Source of the DNA: Mytilus trossulus
Taxonomy: Eukaryota
Reading direction: 5' to 3'
Assembly (NCBI RefSeq): GCF_036588685.1
Contig: NC_086380.1
Span: 33,722,313 to 33,742,691 of the forward strand
Length of the DNA: 20,379 bases
Each line of letters begins with the position of its first letter. Within the stretch, counting starts at the first letter, position 1. Below are positions 1-10,507 of this stretch, piece by piece. The notes under the pieces are model-generated. The model was not told the DNA's origin. It was given only the letters and a program-made list of their open reading frames with translations, and did not search any database. Both the position numbers and the translations under genes were made by a program.

Positions 1-215
1 TTCAAGAAATTATTTACTAATTATTTTTGATAGTCCAATGGAATTTTCAAAAAATTACAATATGTAAAACATTTTGAAGAAAGAGATGAAGTACACATAA
101 AAATTTCATGTTGCATTTTGACAATTTTTGATAGAATAAATGCAGCACAGAATGAAAAAAAAAACATTTTACTTACACAAGTAGTAGATAAGTTAACATA
201 TCAAATACTTGCTAA

Positions 216-560
216 CATTCTGTGGTGTCTGAGATCACCCTTTTTTTTGTTTTGGTTGGTGCTTGGTGTCAGATCATTCCTGGTCTTTGGTAAGGTTGTT
301 GTGCCTGAAAGCATCCCTGATCTTTGGAAAGGTTGGTGCATGGTGTCTGAGATCATCCCTGGCTATTTAGTTTAGTTGGTTGCATGGTGCCTGAAAACCT
401 CTTAGGTCTTTGGTTGGGTTGGTGCTTTTTGCCCTAGTTCATGTCTGTTCTTTGTTTTGGTTGGTGCTCAGTGCTGGAGATCATCCCTGGTCTTTGGTTG
501 AATTGGTGCTTGAGAATCTCTCAGGTCTTTGAATGGGTTGTTGCTGTATAATATTTTGTT
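216..560. repeat. Degenerate minisatellite, about 9 tandem copies of a roughly 38-bp unit (consensus GGTTGGTGCWTGGTGYCTGAGATCATCCCTGGTCTTTGG)
   Basis: Recurring GGTTGGTGC...GAGATCATCCCTGGTCTTTGG blocks are read directly from the sequence. One isolated unit-like copy lies at about 2875-2915 (ctttggttgggttgttgtctcagac). Confidence 0.7.
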
Positions 561-653
561 GTCAGTGTAGACAATTTTCCGTCACTTTTTTTGGTTATGT
601 GTTGTCTTTTTTCACCACATGGTTTGAGATTGTACATCTTGTTGATCAAAATA

Positions 654-2470
654 TCTGACTGTTTTGTTTGAATTTTGAGGATAGTAGTAAAAATACTATT
701 AGAGATATGCTATTCCCAGATGTTCCAGGACATGGATACCTTCATGATTACACTGTGTGTGCTGCTTCCTTGAAAAAAGGTGAAAACAAGATGTCTCATG
801 TTAAATTTTGTGAGGTAGGATATTTCTCGTGTTCCAGGGTGTTCTCAAATTACACCAGTTAATACTTCTGATTGATTTGTTCTGTGGTTTTACCTCATTG
901 ACAAAAATACACAGAGACAAAAATAATAAATACTGCATACATATACATCTTCGTAAGAACTCTGAAATAGATATGAAGAAGAAAGATTAGTTATTTGCAC
1001 TTCCATAAAAGAAATCTACATGCCACTCTTCTTCTGTCACAACATAGCCAAACTCTAGGGTGTATGACTGAGGTTGCATCTACAACAAAAACAAATTTGT
1101 AAATTATTAGTGTTTGAGAATGTTGGTGTCACTTCCATCAAATGAGTCCATGACTGAAACATCCTCTCGGCTGCATCTGCAAAAACAAATCTGTAGTGTC
1201 GTGGAGAACGTTTTTGTCACTTTCATCAAACGGGCCCTTTAACAAGCTCATGGTAGAGTGATCTTGTTACTATTGTATAGTGCTGCGGAAACTCTGCGCT
1301 ACCCTCCCTGGCCTAGTACAACGGAGTCTATCCAACGTCTATGACTGTAACATCCCACTGCTGCAATCTGCGAAAAACAAAATAATAGAATTAATAATCT
1401 GTTGTTGAACTCTGAAATGAAATAAAAATACATATACAACATTACACATATAAGAAAAAAATCAATTAAACTTTATTTTATTTTCTTTGAGGTAAATTTC
1501 AAAAATTAAATACATATTTTTTTAATTTAACTTTGGTATCTTCCTTTTTTTTATGTAGCTCTTGTTGACCATTATACCAGACTGTTTTAACTATTAGAGG
1601 TATTGTATTTCTAGAAGTTCAAGGACATGCATACATTCTTGACTACACTGTGTGCTGCTTCAATGAAAAAAGGTGAAAATAAGATGTTGTGTTAAATTTT
1701 TATGAGGTAGGATATTTTTTGTGTTCCAGAGTGTTCTCTCTCAAATTACACTAGTCAAACTTATTACTTCTGATCGATGTACTGTTCTTTGGGTTTTAAC
1801 TCATTGACAAAAATACACCAAAAGACAAAAAATAATAAATATTTTATACCTATGCATCTTTGTAAGAACTCTGAAATGGATATAAGAAGAAAGATTAGTA
1901 ATTTGTCACTTCCATAAAAATGGACATACAGAAGTCTATATGCCACTCTTCTTCTGTCACAACATAGCCAAACTCTAGGGTGTATGACTGAGGTTGCATC
2001 TACAACAAAAACAAATTTGTAAATTATTAGTGTTTGAGAATGTTGGTGCCACTTCCATCAAATGAGTCCATGACTGAAACATCCTCTCGGCTGCATCTGC
2101 AAAAACAAATCTGTAGTGTTGTGGAGAACTTTGGTGTCACTTTCATCAAATGGGCCCTTTAACAAGCTCATGGTAGAGTGATCTTGCTACTATTGTATAG
2201 TGCTGCGGAAACTCTGCGCTACCCTCCCTGGCCTAGTACAACGGAGTCTATCCAACGTCTATGACTGTAACATCCCACTGCTGCAATCTGCGAAAATCAA
2301 AATTATAGAATTAATAATCTGTTGTTGAACTCTGAAATGAAATATAAATACATATACAACATTACACATATAAGAATAAAATCAATTAAACTTTATTTTC
2401 TTTCCTTTGAAGTAAATTTCAAAATTAAATATTTCTTTTTTAATTTAACTTTTACTTTATTTTCCCACAA
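654..2470. repeat. Two tandem copies of a roughly 900-bp unit (654-1577 and 1578-2470). Each unit contains about three internal degenerate 95-bp sub-repeats (copy 1: 1066-1370).
   Basis: The copies align end to end (ctattagag... at 698 and 1593; atgccactcttcttctgtcacaacatagccaaactctagggtgtatgactgagg at 1020 and 1942). The central 450 bp is nearly identical between copies; the 5-prime 320 bp matches at only about 80-85 percent. Inside each unit the motif catctacaacaaaaacaaat / catctgcaaaaacaaatctg / aatctgcgaaaaacaaaat recurs. Confidence 0.8.
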
Positions 2471-3483
2471 AATTTAGCTTTGTAAATGTTGTAAAAATAC
2501 ACAAATTATTAGTCTGTTTCTTTTGTTACCTTTTCTGAAGTTGGACACAGACTTCTTTTTAATGAGTTTTACGGTGCAAATTGCTGTGTTTGTTTTTTCT
2601 ACATTGGCTCATAGAGGTATAAGTGTGGGTTGAGATCTCTCAAAACATGTTTAACCCACTGCATTTTTGCACCTGTCCCTTGTTAGAAGCCTCTGGACCT
2701 TGTTAGTCTCGTAGGTTTTTTAATTTCAGTTCATTTTAATATATGTTTGAGTTTAGTATGACATCCACTTTCACTGACCTAGTGAACATTTTTGTGTAGG
2801 GGTCAGCTGAAGCCTGCCTCCAGATGCTGGATTTTCTTACTGAGTTGAAGAGTCATTAGTTGATTCGGCTGTTTTTTGCTCTTTGGTTGGGTTGTTGTCT
2901 CAGACATAATTCTTTTGTATAAGATTTGTACTTTGCAAATAATTGCACTCAAGTGAGTAAAAAATTGAAGCAAAAACATTTGAGTTTTACCACTGAAATA
3001 ATATTTTTTGTTGGCAAAACCGTTTTATTTTGACATTCTGTTCTTTTTATTATCTGAGCAATCATCTACTACAATGGTTCTTATTAAATGTTGTATGCAT
3101 ACAGACCAAAATGAGGTTGAATTGTGATTTTGGGAAAAAAAATGAAATCAGCAATGCTTTTCAGATCATTTATACCAATTTAACTATAAAAATGACTGTT
3201 AATAATTACAAGTCATTTCTTCATTATTCCACTTTTATTAATATTTATAAAAAAAACAAAGTGCTGTTATTGTTTATCTAAATCATTGCAAATGCCTCTT
3301 TAAGTGATAAATTATCTAAATGTAATTTTTTTTAAGCAGAAGGTGGCTAAAATACACAAGATAATGATAATTAAGTAATTTTTATAACAATTTGAAGCTC
3401 CTACCTAAGCTTAGGAATTTGATGGTTTCTTTAATGTTTTTTGAGTGAAAGTGACAAGCTCCAGGGGAGGATCCAGCCATTTT

Positions 3484-3693
3484 AAAAAGGGGGGTTCCCA
3501 ACCCAGAGTAAAGGGGGGGAGGGGTGGGGGAGTCAAACTATATGCTCCCATTCAAATGCATTGATAGGCCCCAAAAAAGGGGGGTTCCCAACCCAGATTA
3601 AAAGGGGGGGTCCAACTATATGCTCCCATTCAAATGCATTGATGGGCCAAAAAAAAGGGGGGTTCCAAATTCCAGCCCCCCCCCACCCCTGGA
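3484..3693. repeat. G-rich tandem repeat, about 2.5 copies of an 80-90-bp unit (AAAAAGGGGGGTTCCCAACCCAGAKTAAARGGGGGG...CAAACTATATGCTCCCATTCAAATGCATTGATRGGCC). Long G-runs give G-quadruplex potential.
   Basis: Copies lie at 3484-3572 and 3573-3649, with a partial third at 3650-3693. G7-A-G4-T-G5 sits at about 3514-3531, and a C9 run at about 3676-3684. A CCAGGGG / CCCCTGG inverted 7-mer brackets the block (3461 / 3687). Confidence 0.65.
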
Positions 3694-4401
3694 TTCACCA
3701 CTGAGCTCATTGTGTAAAAGGCATATTCTATTGTGCAAACCATAAGCCTTGCTATCAACAATAAATTTGGTGAAAACTTTATCAAAAATACAAGTCAAAT
3801 CTTCTTATCACTAAAAAAAGGTTATATTGCCTTTTGTTCAAACTCATTTACACTCTGACGAAACTAAAAAAAAATCAGTCAAAGTCAATCAAATGTTTAG
3901 CATTGACAATGCATATAACATTTCAATGGAACTAACGTACATAAGGTTCTTTGTGACTCAAGAGGTGAAAGCCCATAAAACTACTAACAATGACCAAATG
4001 CTTTCCATGTCTCCAACAAAGTTGTCACTAGTACCATTCAACTTCAATCAACATTGTGTTTGTCTTAGTCAAAGTCAAAGTGCAGTGCTAGTGAAATTGT
4101 CTCAACAGAGTAGAAATGAGTAAAAAATGTTTTTGAAGATACTTGAACATTTATAAAATTATATTTATTTCAAGATGTAGGACACACGTTTGGACATTTT
4201 AGTGTGCTGATTAGGGTCTCCATGCTGTGGTATTTTGTTAGAAGAATGGCATCCTACATCTTAGTCTTGGAATTTATTTTGAAAAATGAAGAAAAAAATC
4301 TTTTGTTGATTGTAAGCATGGCAAAAGGCAAAACAATTTCTGTATTTCTTTTATCTAAGTTATCAATTATATATGTGAGGGGGATAGGACCTATATTGGG
4401 A

Positions 4402-4562
4402 CTCAGGAATCTGGTATTTTAAAGCACAGGATTTAGGGATTGACCCCTTCAGGATAAAGTTTTTTTTTTTAATTTCTTGATGTCAGGATCTAAATTTATT
4501 TAAATTTCGAGAGCTCAGGATTTTGTGTTTTTAAGGCCGGGATTTCTGGATCAGGACCCCTC
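4402..4562. repeat. About 1.5 copies of a roughly 112-bp unit that carries repeated CAGGAT motifs
   Basis: ctcaggaatctggtattttaaagcacaggatttagggattgacccct (4402-) aligns with ctcaggattttgtgtttttaaggccgggatttctggatcaggacccct (4514-). Confidence 0.4.
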
Positions 4563-5562
4563 TTTAAGTTTTCAGAATTATTCCATGTGGTCAGAGTTAT
4601 CTCCCATTGATCAAACAACTCCATATTTACTTACATTGTTAAATTTTGAAAAATGACCAGAGCAACTGAATTAATTCTAAAGACCATTCAGGTAGTGGCC
4701 ATTTTCCTCAATGATAAGAGTGACATTTTTCTCTTGTTGGGGAGTCAAGATTTCCATTATTTTTTTAAACCATAAATTGGCTTATTTAAAATTTGAAACC
4801 CCTCAATTTGAAAAGTTTTCTGTATGAAATTTTGTCGTTAAATGGTTAGGCATTGCACAAAACAGGCTCAAGCTTTATTTAAAAAAAAAATTCACCCTGC
4901 AACATGCTCATGTGCTTAGGTCAGATATTTGTGTGTATGTAAGTTATTTGTCAGTCTGTTCATTTTATTCACAAATATTTTAGACTTTGGATGATTTACA
5001 AGTTCACGTATTGTATAAACATCAGACTATAGTTGAAACCTCTAGATGGTTTGGTTATTTATTTTCCTTTGGTCACTGTCTTGTTGGTGTATACCCTTGA
5101 TCCCCCATTTTCCATAATGATGCTTAATATTTAACCAACAATAAGAATACTCACCAAGTATAATTTAAGATGAGGTTCTTACCATACTCTTTGGTAACCC
5201 CAAATATACTTAATACATTGCTTACTCTTCAAGGTCATACGGTTCTTCTTTCTGCTCAGTTGTTTGGTCCCTACAAAATATCATTTTATTTTAATATATG
5301 AAAGGATTGAAACTCAAAACTGTATTGTTCATCCTTTTTTAATAAAATGTTTATTCAGTCACATGTTTTCCTTGGTACATCTCCTTTAATCAATGCCATA
5401 TTTCACCTCATTTCTAATATATTTATTTCAAGAAAGATAAAATTAAACACCACTATTATCCTATAAAACAAACCTCAAAATTTTAACCAATACATACCTG
5501 AGTAATCATTTCCAATGCTGTAAAGCTTCATCATAAACTGATTGATGAAATGCAGCTGGCTG

Positions 5563-5698
5563 ATTTTCTAATCATTGTAATGTTGACTATAGTCTGATTC
5601 TCTAATCATTGTAATGTTGACTCTAGTCTGATTTTCTAATCATTGTAATGTTCACTGTAGTCTGATTCTCTAATCATTGTTATGTTGACTATACAGTC
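5563..5698. repeat. 34-bp minisatellite, 4 tandem copies (CTGATTYTCTAATCATTGTAATGTTGACTATAGT)
   Basis: Four consecutive near-identical 34-mers are read directly. Confidence 0.85.
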
Positions 5699-6345
5699 TA
5701 GGTGTCTGTAAGTCTTCACATTTCTCTGGTTCAACAATTCATCAAAATAAGACTGTTGCATTTTGTGGATAATAGTCTTGTAAATTCTCTGAAAAACCAA
5801 ATGTAATTAACTTTTATATAAAAAATGTATTCAGAAGGTATTGCCAACAAATTCAGTTGGTACACTGTCAGTCTCCTAGACATATACATGAATGTGTCCC
5901 CTATTCCTGTTGTTGTAGGTAGATACTATTTGGAAGCAATACCTGGTCAAGTTACATGGATCTTTCAACTTGAAATGCATGATATATTTGCCACAGGGGG
6001 TTATGCACCCACAACCAATCATGAATTTTACCATGGTTACAGAACTTATAGTTACAGTTCGATGATGTTTATACAAGAGTAAAAGCTTGAAAACATAACA
6101 ACTCTAATAAATCAATAAACTTAAAGAAATGGGGTAAAGTCATCATATTGTAATTTCACATGCAACATGAAAAATTAGTGAAATCATTCAATTCTCCAAA
6201 AGTAATTTTCTGGAACTTTTAAAATCTAAAATCCAACACAGATCACTTTGAATCAATTAATTGCCTTAAAATTCTTTCAAACATATTTCATGTCCCCTAA
6301 TATTCTAATGAAACAAGAATGTGTCCATAGTACACGGATGCCCCA

Positions 6346-6725
6346 CTCACACTATAATTTTCCATGTTCAGTGGACCGTGTAATTGGGGTCAAAACTTTA
6401 ATTTGAAATTAAAATTAATAAGATCATATCATAGGGAACATGTGTACTAAGTTTCAAGTAAATGTGACTTTAACTTCATCAAAAACTACCTTGACCAAAA
6501 ACTTTAACCTGAACTTTGAACTTTCATTTTCTATGTTCAGTGGACCATGAAATTGGGATCAAAACTATAATTTGGCATTAAAATTAGAAAGATCATATCA
6601 TAGGGAACATGTGTACTAAGTTTCAAGTAGATGTGACTCAGTTTAACTTCATCAAAAACTACCTTGACCAAAAACTTTAACCTGAACTTTGCACTTTCAT
6701 TTTCTATGTTCAGTGGACCATCGTA
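6346..6725. repeat. Tandem repeat of about 177 bp, roughly 2.1 copies
   Basis: The unit ...tccatgttcagtggaccgtgtaattggggtcaaaac...atcatagggaacatgtgtactaagtttcaagta...ctaccttgaccaaaaactttaacctgaacttt... occurs at 6346-6537 and 6538-6717, and the start of a third copy (tgttcagtggaccatcg) follows. Confidence 0.85.
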
Positions 6726-6785
6726 GGTGGGGCATAAAAATACCTAGGTCTTTGTCCAAGTAAAAATCAATTTAAACTGATTTGG

Positions 6786-6862
6786 CTTCTAATTCTAACC
6801 TATTGATCACACGACCATATATCGGTTCAAATTCTAACCTTTTGATCACATGACCATATAGG
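6786..6862. repeat. Two tandem copies of a roughly 38-bp unit (AATTCTAACCTWTTGATCACAYGACCATATA)
   Basis: Direct reading. Confidence 0.6.
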
Positions 6863-7899
6863 TGTTACACAACAATCTACTCATTTCACACTTTAGTAAC
6901 TGGCTGTGCAGAAAAATATCTACTGACAAAGGACATACTGCAAATAAATTATGTAACTGAACTTTACTCAGATCAATAACAAAAACGTGAAAAAAGTGTT
7001 AAAACAATTAAGAGAAAACCATGTACATAATATTTATTACCACCAAAACGGCTGCAAGTAAATCGAGGATCAAGGACAATATAATGGAGAATCAAGTCTT
7101 CTACTTTTTGAATTATGGCTTTATCATCTTTATAAAATACAAACAGACTGCATCTACTATAAACTTGAAAACTGTAAACTTGAAATATAATTCCATGTAT
7201 CAGTAAAATACGAAAAAGTAAAATAAATATTTTCAAATAGTTGAGCAAAAATATGCCATCTGCATTTTCAGTTGGTGCAACCTTTTCAAACATCACGATA
7301 CTTGCTACAGCATCGACTCAGGCACTTGTTTTGTAGTAACCAGTGCATGCTCTAGTTTATTTTTTTTTATTTATTCCGATGTCAATGAACACGATTGATT
7401 GTTGGTTACTTGGTGTCCAGTGGCAAATATTTCATGCATATTCAGGACGATCAATGAACACGAGCCAACTTATTAAATTTCATCAGATAGTCTTCTATAT
7501 CATATCTTAATTTTTCGAAAAAGATTTCAAAAGTCGTCTTTTGATCCATATTTTTAATAATGAAAATAATCTGGGAAAATACCAAGGGGTTAATATCTAC
7601 CTTGAGTATGTGTGGTTTCACAAACAGTTCAAATCAAATCTTTTGCTTCTGTAAACTGCATGTGTCCATCTTGTTCGTTTGAAGACAAAGTGCTATTTGA
7701 AACACTTCGGCGGGAAGTTTTCCACTGGTCAATAATGAAGGGTCTAAAAACTCCAAACCAATGAAAACTCACAAGTAAGACACACCCTCGGTATTAAAAC
7801 TGCTCACAAAATTTATTTGACAATAAAATTTAGATCTCAAATCGAGCATAAAAAGGTGTGATAATACATTTGATATAAAAATGACTTGTAAAGATCTTT

Positions 7900-9250
7900 T
7901 TTTATCCTAAAGACTCATGAAATTAAGAGACCGTGGCATTTTATACATAAACAGTTACAAATAATAAATAAGAAACAACACGAACTCCATTAAAAAAGTT
8001 ACAATTAAATATGTATCATAATCTAGTTGTTCTTTATCACTTAGATCACATTTTTCCCCCAGATCCATCAATAGAACAAACACTACCAGCTTCAATTGGC
8101 AACTTGTGACTTCCACATCTAAATTTATTAATAGTATACATCATTTCAGGTGGGGAAACAGAGAGATATTTCTCAAAACCAAATTCAGTCTTACAATTCT
8201 ATAATTAATACACTTAGGTGAGTTAAATATTTGTGCTTTCCAATTTTCAATAAATTTTTCATGAAGAAACTGTTTAACTTGTCTTGACAGAATAACATTT
8301 CTTTCCATAGTTTGGTTATTCCTACAATGATTATAACCACATTCAAGTAAAATTTCGTTGATACATGGTAACCATTTAGAGTGATACACATCATCTTCGT
8401 CAAGTCTATATAACATATCATATCGTGCGTGATATTTTCTTTTTTTTACCATTTAAAATAAGTTGCAAAAAGACAACCATTCTGGCTTTAATACAAATAG
8501 GCATAGGTTCTCTACCAAGCTCTCCATAAACAATACAATTTGGAGTACATTTTTTAATCTTCAAAATATACTTGCAAAATTCTATTGCAAAGATTAAATA
8601 ATTTCATTGTTTTCGTAACCCCACACTTGAGCATCATACAACAATATAGGTGCAACCATTGCATCAAATATTTGTAACAAAATATCAACTGGTAAACAAA
8701 GCCTTCTCGCTTTACACAATGCATAGAGCATGGCCTTCCTAGCCTGTTAGACTAGCCGAGCTTTATTTTTTGAAAGTGTACCTTTTCTTAAAAAAGACTG
8801 TTCCCAGATATTGAAAATCTTCTATAACAACTATTTATTCATTATTATATAAAAACTGAGTATTCTCACACTGCCTATTTTTGAAAGTAGAATAACATTG
8901 GTCTTAGTTACATTGACTTTAAGTTTCCAGGTCTCACAATATAAAAACATCACATTTAGACTTTAGTGCAGATTGCAATTCAGCTGCCAGATTCTGCAAA
9001 AATAACAGTATCATCAGCATATATACTAGTCAACAAAAGAAACGATACACGACTTTAGAATAAAATTTATCAAAGAGTATTAAAATTTTAACAAAATGAG
9101 TTACACTATTTCCAAAGGCTTTCATTTGCAATGTATGCAATTGTGATAATGAAAATCAAAACCTTTCGGAGAGTACCTTAATTCCATGTAAACGATCATA
9201 GGGTGCAAATTATTTTTGTGGAAAGTTTGACACAAAATCGTCACACAATT
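7900..9250 (-). mobile_element. 5-prime-truncated, decayed non-LTR retrotransposon (CR1/L2-like LINE): C-terminal part of the ORF2 reverse transcriptase plus 3-prime region
   Basis: Minus-strand translation around 9020-9035 gives LLLTSIYADDTVIFAES (YADD RT motif), and around 8960 WKLKVNVTKTNVILLSK. At 8700-8560 it gives KARLV.QARKAMLYALCKARRLCLPVDILLQIFDAMVAPILLYDAQVWGYEN (RT thumb-like). The 8141-8452 ORF (LYRLDEDDVYHSKWLPCINEIL...KFIENWKAQIFNSPKCINY...) looks like the Trp-rich ORF2 tail. Stops and frameshifts interrupt the reading frame, and a stop sits just upstream of YADD. The element boundaries are uncertain. Confidence 0.6.
8141..9062 (-). pseudogene. Reverse transcriptase (LINE ORF2) pseudogene, from the YADD motif to the C-terminus, with multiple frame disruptions
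   Basis: The motifs are the same as in the 7900-9250 LINE entry above. About 293 codons separate YADD from the terminal stop at 8141, as expected for CR1/L2-type ORF2. Confidence 0.55.
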
Positions 9251-9854
9251 TTCTAAGTACCAAATAGAATTATCAAATTCGTTTAAAAAATATTCATAAC
9301 GCTAATCAAGTTAATATGTTCATGTTGTAACTAATTATATATATAATGGGTTGAATTGAAAAAAAATGGGTAAAAAATGTGTTTATGAAATCTCATAAAA
9401 TGCAAAAAAATAAATTGTTTTCGTCTCAAATCAATGTTTTAGATATGAAAACAACACACTGTAACTTTAGAACCTTTCGGATTAGTTTTAAGATTGTTAA
9501 CGTTCTATTTAATTTCACTTTACACATACAGTCAATGGTAAATCAATTGATAATGTTTACATTTTAACGATTTCTTGTTGGGCAGAACTTTGCTTTACAA
9601 ATAAACAAAGAAACTGTACGATTTTTAAAAAAGAATTAATGTCAAACATTGTCTTTATTGTCATTGAAAGGTTGACATCATTAGTTAGAACTTCTGTTTT
9701 TAAAATTGTTGTTTTATGTAAATTTTGTCAAAAAACTTGAATTTCGCAAAATGACGTCACGAAAGCCCCAAAAATTCTTTTTTTTTAAACGGATTTATAT
9801 TTTCATGGTCATTTAATATCACTACCTTCAATATTGGTCCTATAAACGAGAAAC

Positions 9855-9907
9855 TTCATCTTTAATTTGAAAAAAGTCTTGTATCGTTTCTTGTGTTGAC
9901 TAGTATA
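9855..9907 (+). mobile_element. Short plus-strand fragment of the same LINE family, ending abruptly at the G-box junction at 9908
   Basis: aaagtcttgtatcgtttcttgtgttgactagtata closely matches the reverse complement of 9032-9066 (aaagtcgtgtatcgtttcttttgttgactagtata). That is the stretch encoding ..LLTSI just before YADD. The similarity extends about 20 bp further upstream. Confidence 0.5.
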
Positions 9908-9930
9908 GAGGGGGCGCAAGGGGGGTCCCC
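9908..9930. repeat. G-rich box GAGGGGGCGCAAGGGGGGTCCCC. Its inverted partner is the C-rich box at 13324-13339.
   Basis: The reverse complement of 13324-13347 is tatactgagggggggcaagggg, compared with tatagagggggcgcaagggggg at 9904-9926. Confidence 0.65.
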
Positions 9931-10025
9931 ATAACAGCAAAACAGTGAATTGATTTGGTGAAAAACAGATAACAAGGAATTGAAATAGGATAATAACAGA
10001 TAACAGTAAATGAAATATGAAAATA
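9931..10025 (+). repeat. About 3 tandem copies of a 30-bp unit AATAACAGMTAACARNRAATTNAAAT, rich in GATAA motifs
   Basis: Reads ataacagcaaaacagtgaattgatttggtga / aaaacagataacaaggaattgaaataggat / aataacagataacagtaaatgaaatatgaa. The same unit, in the same orientation, recurs at 13157-13320. Confidence 0.6.
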
Positions 10026-10507
10026 ATTCTGTCTAGGACCAATCCAGTAGATGACTCGTAGATCTTAGTATATAACTTGTGGTATGGACCTAGAAAATTG
10101 TAATTTGTGTAAACAAGACGTTTAATTCGGCCGTTGAGGCAGTTCTGCCTTGGTTGATTTTTTTCCGCAACTTGTACAATAAGTTATAGTATGGATGTTG
10201 AATTTTCTGAACGAAATTACTAGTTTCTGTTTTTGATATACGGATATTTTTAATCAAGGGCATTCGAGGGATCAATTTTTAATGATTTAGGTTTTATTTT
10301 TTTATTTTTGAAAGTAGTGCAGCCAGTGACACTTTATTATCAATTTGATTTTTAGATTTTTTATTTCTGAAAAGCAATATACATTTATATACATTTGTAC
10401 TTTACAAGTAATAAAAAAAAACATTGATGCACAATATATTTTTTTTTATTTAATGACCTCATGATAAAACATACTTATAAAATACAAAAATACCCAGATC
10501 AGTGGAG

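Noticed and set aside
668-862. 64-aa ORF at the start of the 900-bp tandem unit
   Set aside because: The homologous position in the second unit is interrupted. The ORF is short and has no recognisable motifs.
3461-3700. A MITE defined by the CCAGGGG / CCCCTGG ends
   Set aside because: Only a 7-mer is inverted. The rest of the two ends are not complementary, and no target-site duplication is visible. I kept it as a G-rich tandem repeat instead.
5825-6082. Overlapping 85-aa (+) and 66-aa (-) ORFs
   Set aside because: I see no motifs. The opposing overlap is typical of chance ORFs, and there is no second signal such as conservation or repeat structure.
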